A stretch of 64,000 nucleotides of DNA from an uncultured Bacilli bacterium (GTDB lineage: Bacteria; Bacillota_I; Bacilli_A; RF39; UBA660). Positions 36,884 through 45,483 of this stretch are shown in pieces. Every line of letters begins with the position of its first letter. Position 1 is the stretch's first letter. Below the pieces are notes generated by a model that worked only from the letters and a program-made list of their open reading frames with translations, searched no databases and was not told where the DNA came from. Both the position numbers and the translations under genes were made by a program. The stretch covers positions 196-64,195 of the forward strand of contig CANRIB010000005.1 in assembly GCA_947630575.1 (NCBI GenBank). The letters are read 5' to 3'.

Positions 36884-37005
36884 TATTTAGCCACCTTTCT
36901 AAAAACTACTTTAAAACTAATAACACTAATTAAAATATGTGTTAGAATGCTGATGATACCTCCACCAGTACATTCTAGCAAATTTTTCTTGGCAATCTTT
37001 TCCAT
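36883..37005 (-). CDS. Double-glycine leader bacteriocin-like precursor, peptide 1 (40 aa)
   Basis: MEKIAKKNLLECTGG|GIISILTHILISVISFKVVFRKVAK. AAAGGAAG SD lies 5 nt upstream of the ATG at 37005. Confidence 0.65.
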   Translation of the reverse strand: MEKIAKKNLLECTGGGIISILTHILISVISFKVVFRKVAK

Positions 37006-37019
37006 ATAATACTTCCTTT

Positions 37020-37424
37020 CTAAAACATTTTTTCTTTTAATTTGGTTATTATTCTTTGTTTATTGTAATAAAAAGTTATATCTATTATTTCGTTATCTTG
37101 ATATTTAGCAGAACATTTTATGGTTAATTCTTTGTAACTAATCATATTTTCTTTATCTACTTTAATTATTTCTTGTTCTATTTCGTAATTAGTTTTTTTA
37201 TGGTTAAAAGAAATTTCTGTTATATCAATATTACTAGGAATAAATGTAGTTATTAAACCATTTTCAACATAACCTTTAGTTTGGTAATAATCATATATTT
37301 TAATTTGAGTAAGGAAATAGCTTAAGATAAGTATTAAGGCTGTAAATAAAATAACTATAACCCAGACAATATTTAATGGTAAAATGCGTTTAAAGGTATA
37401 TTTATTTTCGAAAATATTATTCAT
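37020..37424 (-). CDS. Small membrane-anchored accessory protein of the bacteriocin exporter (unusually short)
   Basis: One N-terminal TM (IVWVIVILFTALILILSYFL) followed by a beta-rich segment. Sits between the exporter and the peptides, where LcnD/ComB-type accessory genes lie, but is only ~134 aa. ATG at 37424; the track TTG is at 37439. Confidence 0.5.
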   Translation of the reverse strand: MNNIFENKYTFKRILPLNIVWVIVILFTALILILSYFLTQIKIYDYYQTKGYVENGLITTFIPSNIDITEISFNHKKTNYEIEQEIIKVDKENMISYKELTIKCSAKYQDNEIIDITFYYNKQRIITKLKEKMF

Positions 37425-39465
37425 ATTCGGCAACCTCAATTACTTTAGGAAATAAATCACTTAAATTTTTATGAGAAACATATATTAAAGTTATATTTGG
37501 GAATAGATGTATGATATTGTTTAATATTTCTCTTTCAAGTGTTTCATTTACTTCACTTAAAGCTTCATCTAAAATCATTATATGGCCTTTTTTTAATAGA
37601 GCTCGAGCTAAGATAATTCTTTGTCTTTCTCCCCCACTTAGATTGTTAGAAGCAGCATTAATTATAGTTTCATAACGATTAGCCCGTTTATTAATTATTT
37701 CATCAATATGACATATTTTACTTACTTTATCTAATTCAGAATCGGGAATATCACGATAACAAAGAATATTTTCTTTGATACTGCCCGTGAATAATTGTTC
37801 TTCTTGACCAACATAACAAATATTGTTTCGAAGAGAATCTAAAGAACAATCTAATTCATTATGACCTCCTATAAAAATACTTCCAGAATAACCTTCATAT
37901 ATGCGATATAAAAGCTTACAAATGGTACTTTTGCCACTTCCACTTTTACCATGTAAAAATACTTTTTCATTAGGTAATATATCAAAAGTTATATTCTTGA
38001 TAACATCTTTATATTGGTTATAAGAGAAAGTTACATTTTTTAAAGATATACTATTATCTTTAATATTAAAGCCTCGATTATGGGTTTCTTCGGGTATATT
38101 TAGAAACTCTCCTAGTTTTTTAAATGAAGCTTTTAAATAATTATATTTGGGTAAGAGCTCGATTAAATCTTTGATAGGATCAAACAGGTAGAGAATAATA
38201 CTATTAAAAGTTATTAAGTTTAGTAATGCTAATTTGTTTTTCGCTATTAAATAAATACCAAAGGTTAAAATTAGAAATAAGCCTACCTCATAGATAAAAT
38301 CTTTAAACAAATTGATTTTATTTAATAACTTAGTTAAATTAAAATTACTTTTTAAAAAACTTATTAGTTTACTTTCTAACCGAATTAAAAACTTCTCCTC
38401 CAAATTTAAGTTTTTAATACTATTATTAAGTTCAACGTTTTCAATTAAAATAGCATTAAACTCAGTTGCTTTATCAATGTTTTCTTTAATATGGCGATAT
38501 ATAATTTTATTAAAAATTAAACTACCGACAATATAAATGCCTATTACTAAACAAAGAAGAAAAAATAATTGGGCATTTATAAAGTATAAGACTATACCAG
38601 ATGTCATGACTAAAATGAGATTCAAAATGAAATTAGTAAATATCTCTGATAATAAAGATTTAATTTCACTTAATTCTTCAACGCGAGATATTATTTCACC
38701 TGTCGTTCGATTTTGCATGAACTTTAAAGGAAGGTTAAATATGTGTTTAAGAAAACTGGTAAACAATTCTAAATCAATATTTTTATTAAAATAATTTAAA
38801 TAATAAACTTTAAAAAAATTAAAGATAACTTTTAAGAAAGTTAAACTACCAAATAATATTATAATAAATTTTAAAAAATTTAAATCGCTTCCTTGTTCTA
38901 TTTGAGAAACTGCAATTTGAAAATAAAAACTATTAAAGATGGCTAGAATAATAACTAGGAAATTAACTAGACAGATACTAAGAAATAATTTTTTATTTTG
39001 ATGCAGAAGTTTGAAAAATATATCAAAGATGGTTGTTTCTTTTTCAAACTTAATAATTTCTGAGATAGGCATGGCGAGTATAAGGACATTATCCCAGATG
39101 GACAAAAAATCTTCTTTTTTCATTTTAACTTTGCCTTTAGCAGGGTCCATGAGATAAATGTGCTTATTTGTAATTTTATAGATAACAACAAAATGCTGCA
39201 GACCATTTTTTAAAACAACATGGGCAATCGCAGGGAAATAAATATTTTTATCATTAATATCTGTTACTTTTACACCCATAGATTCAAAACCATATTTTTT
39301 TAAAGCACTAATTAAATGAAAAGCAGTAGTTCCGTTGATCGTGGTAACTGTGTCTTCTCTTATTTTTTCAACAGGAACATAGCCACCGTAGTATTTAATT
39401 ATACAGGAAATACAACACGCGCCACAGTCCTTTAAATCTCTTTGAATTACTTCTTCAATTTTCAT
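37417..39465 (-). CDS. Bacteriocin ABC exporter with N-terminal C39 peptidase domain
   Basis: C39 motifs DCGACCISCI (Cys), HFVVIYK (His) and MDPAKG. Six-TM region. Walker A GKSGSGKST, signature LSGGERQR, Walker B IMILDEA. ATG at 39465 is preceded by GGGAGG. Confidence 0.9.
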   Translation of the reverse strand: MKIEEVIQRDLKDCGACCISCIIKYYGGYVPVEKIREDTVTTINGTTAFHLISALKKYGFESMGVKVTDINDKNIYFPAIAHVVLKNGLQHFVVIYKITNKHIYLMDPAKGKVKMKKEDFLSIWDNVLILAMPISEIIKFEKETTIFDIFFKLLHQNKKLFLSICLVNFLVIILAIFNSFYFQIAVSQIEQGSDLNFLKFIIILFGSLTFLKVIFNFFKVYYLNYFNKNIDLELFTSFLKHIFNLPLKFMQNRTTGEIISRVEELSEIKSLLSEIFTNFILNLILVMTSGIVLYFINAQLFFLLCLVIGIYIVGSLIFNKIIYRHIKENIDKATEFNAILIENVELNNSIKNLNLEEKFLIRLESKLISFLKSNFNLTKLLNKINLFKDFIYEVGLFLILTFGIYLIAKNKLALLNLITFNSIILYLFDPIKDLIELLPKYNYLKASFKKLGEFLNIPEETHNRGFNIKDNSISLKNVTFSYNQYKDVIKNITFDILPNEKVFLHGKSGSGKSTICKLLYRIYEGYSGSIFIGGHNELDCSLDSLRNNICYVGQEEQLFTGSIKENILCYRDIPDSELDKVSKICHIDEIINKRANRYETIINAASNNLSGGERQRIILARALLKKGHIMILDEALSEVNETLEREILNNIIHLFPNITLIYVSHKNLSDLFPKVIEVAEYE

Positions 39466-39621
39466 GTTTTTTCCTCCCTTCACCTTTATATATTACGGGA
39501 AGATGCCCATTTTCCTTTTTTATTTGGAAATTTAGGACCAAAAACAAATATTTAGGACATGGTTCGACATTTTTTTTATTTTTTTTAGGTATAATAGCTA
39601 ACTTAAGAAAGGAGGAATTTT

Positions 39622-40077
39622 ATGCAAAATAATAAATTGTTGTTATCTTTAAGAGTTAAAGATAATTTAAATCAACAAGAAATGGCGGATATTTTAAATA
39701 TTTCTTTAAAAACATATCAACTTTATGAAGATGGAATTAGACCAATGAAATTAGAAGAGATAAATTTGTTAAGTAATCGTTATAAAGTTTCTTTTAATGC
39801 TCTTTTTAATCTTACAAAAAGTACTAAATATTATAATACAGAAATAAATATTGATTATAAATATTTAAAATTTAGTTTAAGATATATAAGAAGAATGGCT
39901 AGAATACCGATTAATAATCTTTCAAAAATACTTCATACTTCCCCTTCTTCAATTATGAAATATGAAAAAGATCCAACCAAAGTAAGTATTACTTATTTGT
40001 ATAATTTTGCGAAATATTTTAATGTTTCTATTGATTATATGTGTGGAAAAACATTAAAAAAAGAAGTTTTTCAATAA
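39622..40077 (+). CDS. XRE-family regulator with two HTH domains, divergent from the bacteriocin operon
   Basis: 151 aa with the same two-HTH layout and length as ORF 1840..2292 (QQEMADILNISLKTYQLYED and NNLSKILHTSPSSIMKYEKD). SD is AGGAGG. Confidence 0.75.
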   Translation: MQNNKLLLSLRVKDNLNQQEMADILNISLKTYQLYEDGIRPMKLEEINLLSNRYKVSFNALFNLTKSTKYYNTEINIDYKYLKFSLRYIRRMARIPINNLSKILHTSPSSIMKYEKDPTKVSITYLYNFAKYFNVSIDYMCGKTLKKEVFQ

Positions 40078-40107
40078 CTTCTAAAGAGTGATTTTTATCA
40101 TTCTTTT

Positions 40108-41268
40108 TTATTCATCTAAAACTTCTTGTAAGAGTATTTCATCATCTTTAAATAAATCATATTTTTTAACAATAAATTTAAATATTACTTTTAAAAGAGC
40201 AATACATGGAGTCGCAACAACCATACCAATAATGCCAAAATAATGGGCGAAAACTAATAAACCAACAATTATAGTTACAGGATGTAATTTAGTTGTTTTA
40301 CTCATAATAACGGGTTGTAAAATATAGTTTTCAACTAATTGGACAATAACACAGATAATTAAGACAGCAATACCAGTGATACTTCCTTGACTAAAGCCCA
40401 CGATTACGGCGGCAGCTCCTCCAATATATGGACCAATGTAGGGAATTAAATCTGTTAGTCCACAGAACATACCAAATAGCAAAGGAGCTTTTAGACCAAT
40501 GATCGCAAAACCAATAGAATCACAGATAAAGACCATCAACGCGACTAATAAAGTGCCACTGATGGATTTACGGACTTCTTTTCCAATATCTACTAATAAA
40601 ATTTCTATTTCATAACGATTTTTGGCTGGTACTAAACGTAAGAAATGTTTCGAAATTGCATCAAAATCAAATAACATATATAAGCCAACAACTAAACTTA
40701 TTAAGATAGTACCTAAACCGGAAACTAAACTACCTAAAATACTCATAATAGATGTTGGTAAGGAATTAGTTAAATTAACTAAATAATCTCCAATACTTGT
40801 AAATAAATTATCTTTAAAATTAGTTAAATCTACCCCACTGATAGATACTTGAGTAACAAAGTCATCGGCAAAACTTTGGAATTTATCTAAAATTGAAGGT
40901 AAAGTACTTATTAATTCATTAATTTGAGTATATAGTGAGGGAATAAATATTCTTAAAAATATATATATAAATAGTAGAAAGATGCAATAGACTAAAAGGC
41001 TGCCAATAATACGTGGAATACCTTTTTTATGCATGATTTTAACAAGCGGATCTAATAACCAGGCAATGACAAAACCAATAAATAAAGGAGATAAAACTTT
41101 AAAGAAGGTAAATAAAAGATGCCAAACATTTAAGTTTTTTAAGATAATAGTACCACATAAGACAATGGCCACGACCATTACAACATATAATATTTTTAAA
41201 ATCTTTTTAGTAAGTAAAACTACTTCATTAACTTCATTATTATCTATTTCCTTAAATTTATTTTTCAT
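40108..41268 (-). CDS. AI-2E (PerM/YhhT) family transporter
   Basis: 386-aa polytopic membrane protein with the C-terminal region LIPYIGPYIGGAAAVIVGF typical of the family. Confidence 0.75.
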   Translation of the reverse strand: MKNKFKEIDNNEVNEVVLLTKKILKILYVVMVVAIVLCGTIILKNLNVWHLLFTFFKVLSPLFIGFVIAWLLDPLVKIMHKKGIPRIIGSLLVYCIFLLFIYIFLRIFIPSLYTQINELISTLPSILDKFQSFADDFVTQVSISGVDLTNFKDNLFTSIGDYLVNLTNSLPTSIMSILGSLVSGLGTILISLVVGLYMLFDFDAISKHFLRLVPAKNRYEIEILLVDIGKEVRKSISGTLLVALMVFICDSIGFAIIGLKAPLLFGMFCGLTDLIPYIGPYIGGAAAVIVGFSQGSITGIAVLIICVIVQLVENYILQPVIMSKTTKLHPVTIIVGLLVFAHYFGIIGMVVATPCIALLKVIFKFIVKKYDLFKDDEILLQEVLDE

Positions 41269-41269
41269 C

Positions 41270-41797
41270 TTAAACCCTCATTAATTCTGCTTCTTTTTCC
41301 TTAAATATTTCATCAACTTTTTTATTATATTCATTTATAAGCTCTTGAACTTCTTCTAAAGAAGATTTTTCAACATCTTCTGGTAACTCACTTTTTTTGA
41401 TTTCTTCATTGGCTTCTTGGCGAATATTACGTAGAGCAACTTTAGCTTCTTCACATATAGTTTTAGCTTGTTTAACATAATCTCTTCTTTTTTCTTCAGT
41501 AAGTTCGGGAATAGTTAAAATAATTACTTCGCCATTATTAACAGGTGTAATTCCAATATTGGCTTCATTGATGGCTCTTTCAATTTCTTTTAGAGCACTC
41601 TTATCAAATGGTTTAACCATAAGACTACGAGCTTCGGGAACTGTAATATTTGCAAGACTTTGAATAGGTGTCGGTGTCCCATAATAACTAGCACATATTC
41701 CATTTAACATGGAAGGATTAGCCCTTCCAGCCCTGATATTTGTTAATCTGCTTTCAAGATTTTCAATTGCTTTCATAAATTTTAATTCTGTATCCAT
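41270..41797 (-). CDS. frr: Ribosome recycling factor
   Basis: 175 aa with RLTNIRAGRANPSMLNGI and ITPVNNGEVIILTIPELTEEKRRDYVKQAK. Confidence 0.9.
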   Translation of the reverse strand: MDTELKFMKAIENLESRLTNIRAGRANPSMLNGICASYYGTPTPIQSLANITVPEARSLMVKPFDKSALKEIERAINEANIGITPVNNGEVIILTIPELTEEKRRDYVKQAKTICEEAKVALRNIRQEANEEIKKSELPEDVEKSSLEEVQELINEYNKKVDEIFKEKEAELMRV

Positions 41798-41808
41798 ATT
41801 ATTCCTCC

Positions 41809-42633
41809 TTAATCAATAATTATAACATCATTATAATCTTTTTCGATAGATTTGACAAGATAACTTACATTTAAAAAGCCACCTTTATCAATATATAACG
41901 CATAATTTTCGGCATTTAAATTATTTAGAGTTTCCGGAATGTCTATTACTTCTACTTCTTCAGTAATTTTTTCGCCATCTTCTTCTTTTTCAAGCGTTAC
42001 TTTACTTTGTTTAGTATTTAATCTTTCTTGAATTTTTTCTTTTATTTTAGTTATATTTAAGTTATATAATTGAAGTAAATCAGCATTAGTAAGTAGTTCT
42101 CCTGTTTTAGTATCAAAAACATAGGCTACACTGGTAAGATATTTTTCCCCATTAAAACAATCAAAAGAATAATTATCTTTTAAAATAGTAGCATAGTTTT
42201 GATAAAAATATCGGGTATATTTAGCATATTTCGCTTCATAGATGCCAGTTTCTTTATAGCTTATTTTATTTTCTTCTTCCTCAGTTAAGGTTACATCATC
42301 TAGTTTTTTAAAAGAATCTCTTAAAAGAGCCATTTCTTCATTTAATTTTATTTCGGTAGTACGAGCACTAGAACTATCAATATTTATTTTAATATCTTGA
42401 TAATTTATACCATATAATTCATTTTTTAAATCATTATTTAAATAATAAATATATTCTTCACTAGGATTTAGTTTTAAATTCTTTTCTATTGCGACTTCCC
42501 TCGTTTCTTCTTTTGTTATAGGAGCAGGCGAACTCGTAAAATATTCCATTAAAAAGAAACCACCCACCACTAAACAAACAAGAAAGAATAGGAATATCAT
42601 CCCATATAATTTACCATTTCTAATATCACTCAT
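41809..42633 (-). CDS. Membrane-anchored hypothetical protein (possibly DUF3298/RsiV-C-like)
   Basis: 274 aa with N-terminal TM (MIFLFFLVCLVVGGFFLM). The family assignment is a weak recollection only. Confidence 0.45.
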   Translation of the reverse strand: MSDIRNGKLYGMIFLFFLVCLVVGGFFLMEYFTSSPAPITKEETREVAIEKNLKLNPSEEYIYYLNNDLKNELYGINYQDIKINIDSSSARTTEIKLNEEMALLRDSFKKLDDVTLTEEEENKISYKETGIYEAKYAKYTRYFYQNYATILKDNYSFDCFNGEKYLTSVAYVFDTKTGELLTNADLLQLYNLNITKIKEKIQERLNTKQSKVTLEKEEDGEKITEEVEVIDIPETLNNLNAENYALYIDKGGFLNVSYLVKSIEKDYNDVIIID

Positions 42634-42646
42634 AACTTAACACTCC

Positions 42647-43237
42647 TTATTTTAAATAATCTTGTAACATCATTTTTAAGTTATTTTTCTTTAAACCAAC
42701 TTTTAGACTATCCCAATATTCTTCAGGTTTTATATTGCCCATATTAATAGAAGTTTCACTGTCAAAACTAATTATTTTACCATCTTTTACAATAAGTAAA
42801 GTTGGAGCATATATATCTTGGTTTCCTTCGTCTAAAACAGGCAAGAAATTACTTAATTTTACAACAATACTTTGATAAGTAGCGTTTTTCATGTTTCGAT
42901 CTTCATAGAAATCATAATATAATATTTTAGTTACGCCTACTTCTTTAGCAACATCATTTAACATTTGAGCATAATAGCCTGTCCAATTATTAGTTGGAAA
43001 GCCCATAAAAATTATCCCACTGCCATTTTTTAATAAAGCGTATATTTCTTTCGCATTAACATAAGTAAAAACATTATCTTTATTTACTAATGGATAATCA
43101 TGGTCAAATTTTTCATTGTCTATTTCAACATTATTGCCAAAATCTTTATTTCCAATATAGATAAAAGCTAAGATAATTAATATAAATAAGATGCTTTGAA
43201 ATACTTTTTTGATATTTTTATGCATTTTCTTCACCAC
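42647..43237 (-). CDS. Membrane-anchored thioredoxin-fold-like protein without CxxC
   Basis: 196 aa with N-terminal TM. GIIFMGFPTNNWTGYY occupies the position of the WCxxC motif, and PTLLIVKDGKII is a Trx-like beta strand. Likely ATG at 43225. Confidence 0.4.
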   Translation of the reverse strand: MVKKMHKNIKKVFQSILFILIILAFIYIGNKDFGNNVEIDNEKFDHDYPLVNKDNVFTYVNAKEIYALLKNGSGIIFMGFPTNNWTGYYAQMLNDVAKEVGVTKILYYDFYEDRNMKNATYQSIVVKLSNFLPVLDEGNQDIYAPTLLIVKDGKIISFDSETSINMGNIKPEEYWDSLKVGLKKNNLKMMLQDYLK

Positions 43238-43304
43238 TTAATAATATTATAACATTTATTATTCTAGATATTAAGTAAAATCATTTAAAAATGTTAATTG
43301 AATG

Positions 43305-43332
43305 TAAAAAGACTAATCTTTAAAATTAGTCT
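43305..43332 (-). terminator. Rho-independent terminator of rpsB-tsf
   Basis: Hairpin agactaat/attagtct overlapping the tsf stop, followed by a U-run on the minus strand. Confidence 0.7.
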
Positions 43333-44210
43333 TAGTTACCTTTTACTTGATTCATTACTTCTTCAGCAAAGTTTTCATTTCTTTTTTCCATACCTTCACC
43401 TACTTCATAACGAACCATGCTTTTCATTTCACCATTATTTTTCTTGATATAATCATTAACAGTCATATCACCATCTTTAATAAATGGTTGTTCTACTAAA
43501 CATATCTCTTTAAAGTATTTTTTAATACGACCGGCAACCATTTTTTCAGCAATTTCAGCAGGTTTGCCTTCAGACATAGCTAGTTCTTTTTGAACGGCTC
43601 TTTCTTTTTCGACAACTTCTTCAGGAACATCGCTTTCAAAAACGTATTCTGGACGCATAGCAGCAGCTTGCATTGCAACATCTTTGGCAACTTCGGCACT
43701 TGCACCTTTAACAACAGTTAAAACGGCAATGCGACCTCCCATATGAAGATAAGCACCAAAATTTTCATCGTCAGCTTTTTCAACGACTTTGATTCTTCTT
43801 AATGATAGCTTTTCCCCTATTTTAGCAGTTTTAGCAATAATTAAATCTTTAATAGTTCCTTCTTCGCAAGGTAACGCTAAAGCATCTTCTAAAGTAGTGG
43901 CATTACTATTTAAAATAGTATTACCAATTGTATCAATCATTTCGGTAAATTCAGCATTTTTACTAACAAAATCTGTTTCACTGTTTACTTCTAAAATAAC
44001 CGCACGATTATCTTTAATATAAATATTGGCTAGACCTTCAGCGGCAATACGAGATTCTTTTTTGGCACTTTTTGCGATACCTTTTTCTCTTAACCAATCA
44101 ATTGCAGATTCCATATCTCCATTAGTTTCGGCTAGAGCTTTTTTGCAATCCATCATGCCAGCGCCTGTTTTTTCTCTTAGGTCTTTAACCATACTAGCAG
44201 TAACTTCCAT
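43332..44210 (-). CDS. tsf: Elongation factor Ts
   Basis: 292 aa with VKDLREKTGAGMMDCKKAL UBA-like N-terminus. Confidence 0.95.
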   Translation of the reverse strand: MEVTASMVKDLREKTGAGMMDCKKALAETNGDMESAIDWLREKGIAKSAKKESRIAAEGLANIYIKDNRAVILEVNSETDFVSKNAEFTEMIDTIGNTILNSNATTLEDALALPCEEGTIKDLIIAKTAKIGEKLSLRRIKVVEKADDENFGAYLHMGGRIAVLTVVKGASAEVAKDVAMQAAAMRPEYVFESDVPEEVVEKERAVQKELAMSEGKPAEIAEKMVAGRIKKYFKEICLVEQPFIKDGDMTVNDYIKKNNGEMKSMVRYEVGEGMEKRNENFAEEVMNQVKGN

Positions 44211-44233
44211 ATTTATCTCCTTTACTTTCTTTT

Positions 44234-45181
44234 CTATTTTAAATTTGAAATAATTTCTTCTTTTTTCATAGTTGAATAGCCTTTAATGCCTTGTTCTTTA
44301 GCAAGAGCTTTAAGTTCAGTTAAAGTCATTTCACTATAATCTACTTTTTTAGTAGTTTTTTCTTTTTTAGTTTCTTTCTTTTCTTCTTTTTTTACTTCTT
44401 CAGGAATTTTTTCCTCTATTTTTTCTTCTTTAATTAATTCATCCATAGTTTTATGTTCTTTAGCTTTTTTGTCTTCTTCAGTAACATAATCAACCATTTC
44501 TAAATTATGAGCTTCACATATGGCATTAGTTAAAACTCCTAATAGAACTTTAACACTTCTTACAGCATCATCATTACCTGGGATTACATAGTCAACATCG
44601 TCTGGATCACAGTTAGTGTCAACAATTCCAAAAACAGGTATTCTAAGTTTACGTGCTTCTCTTATCGCATTAATTTCTTTTTTAGGGTCAACAATAATTA
44701 AAGCGCTTGGTAATTTAGACATTTCTCTAATACCACTTAAAATTTTGTTTAATTTTTCATATTCTTTTTTTAGCCCGATTACTTCTTTTTTAGGTAAAAC
44801 TTCGAAACGGCCATTTTTCTCCATTTCTTCGATTTCTTCTAATCTTTTAACTCTTCTTCTGATTGTACGGAAGTTTGTTAGAGTTCCACCTAACCATCTT
44901 TCAGTAACATAGTAAGAATTACTTCTTAAGGCTTCTTCCTTTGATGCTTCTCCAGCTTGTTTTTTAGTACCAACAAATAAGAAAGTTCCTCCATTGTTAG
45001 CAATATCTTTAACAGCTTCATAAGCTTCTTCTAATTTTTGAGTAGTTTTTTCAAGGTCAATGATATAAATATCCTCTCTTGTTCCAAAAATATACTCTTT
45101 CATTTTAGGGTTCCATCTTTTTGTTTGATGTCCAAAATGAACTCCTGCTTCTAATAAATAACTCATAGAAACAACGGCCAT
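44234..45181 (-). CDS. rpsB: 30S ribosomal protein S2 with C-terminal Rho-N/HeH-like extension
   Basis: Canonical S2 core ([19 protein letters not shown]). A Glu/Lys-rich linker and [30 protein letters not shown] follow. Confidence 0.92.
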   Translation of the reverse strand: MAVVSMSYLLEAGVHFGHQTKRWNPKMKEYIFGTREDIYIIDLEKTTQKLEEAYEAVKDIANNGGTFLFVGTKKQAGEASKEEALRSNSYYVTERWLGGTLTNFRTIRRRVKRLEEIEEMEKNGRFEVLPKKEVIGLKKEYEKLNKILSGIREMSKLPSALIIVDPKKEINAIREARKLRIPVFGIVDTNCDPDDVDYVIPGNDDAVRSVKVLLGVLTNAICEAHNLEMVDYVTEEDKKAKEHKTMDELIKEEKIEEKIPEEVKKEEKKETKKEKTTKKVDYSEMTLTELKALAKEQGIKGYSTMKKEEIISNLK

Positions 45182-45363
45182 AAATTATCCCTTCCTTTCG
45201 TTTTTACCTCTTAATAGTTCAATATGTTAGGCCACTTTTTTTAAAGCACTCGGTCTAACACTCCCCATTAATGTGTATTTGCAATTTATTTGCCGAGATT
45301 ATTTTACTATATATTATTGGAAAATACAAGCGGTAATTACAAGAAATTGATAGGAAATGAGCT

Positions 45364-45465
45364 AAAAAACAAAAAAGAACAGAGATTAAACTCTATTCCG
45401 TATTATGTTTGGGTAAAGGTAACCCATAATCTTGTCTATTAATAAGGATAAGCATAATAGACAAG
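45364..45465 (-). repeat. Structured ~100-nt element, copy 2
   Basis: Same core as 30036..30110. An 11-bp stem cttgtctatta/taatagacaag, hairpin tgggt/accca, then a terminator-like hairpin gaacagag/ctctattc with a different sequence from copy 1 in the same position, followed by a U-run. Begins 19 nt after the stop of ORF 45484..47442. Confidence 0.6.
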
Positions 45466-45483
45466 AAATTTATTATTTCTAAA

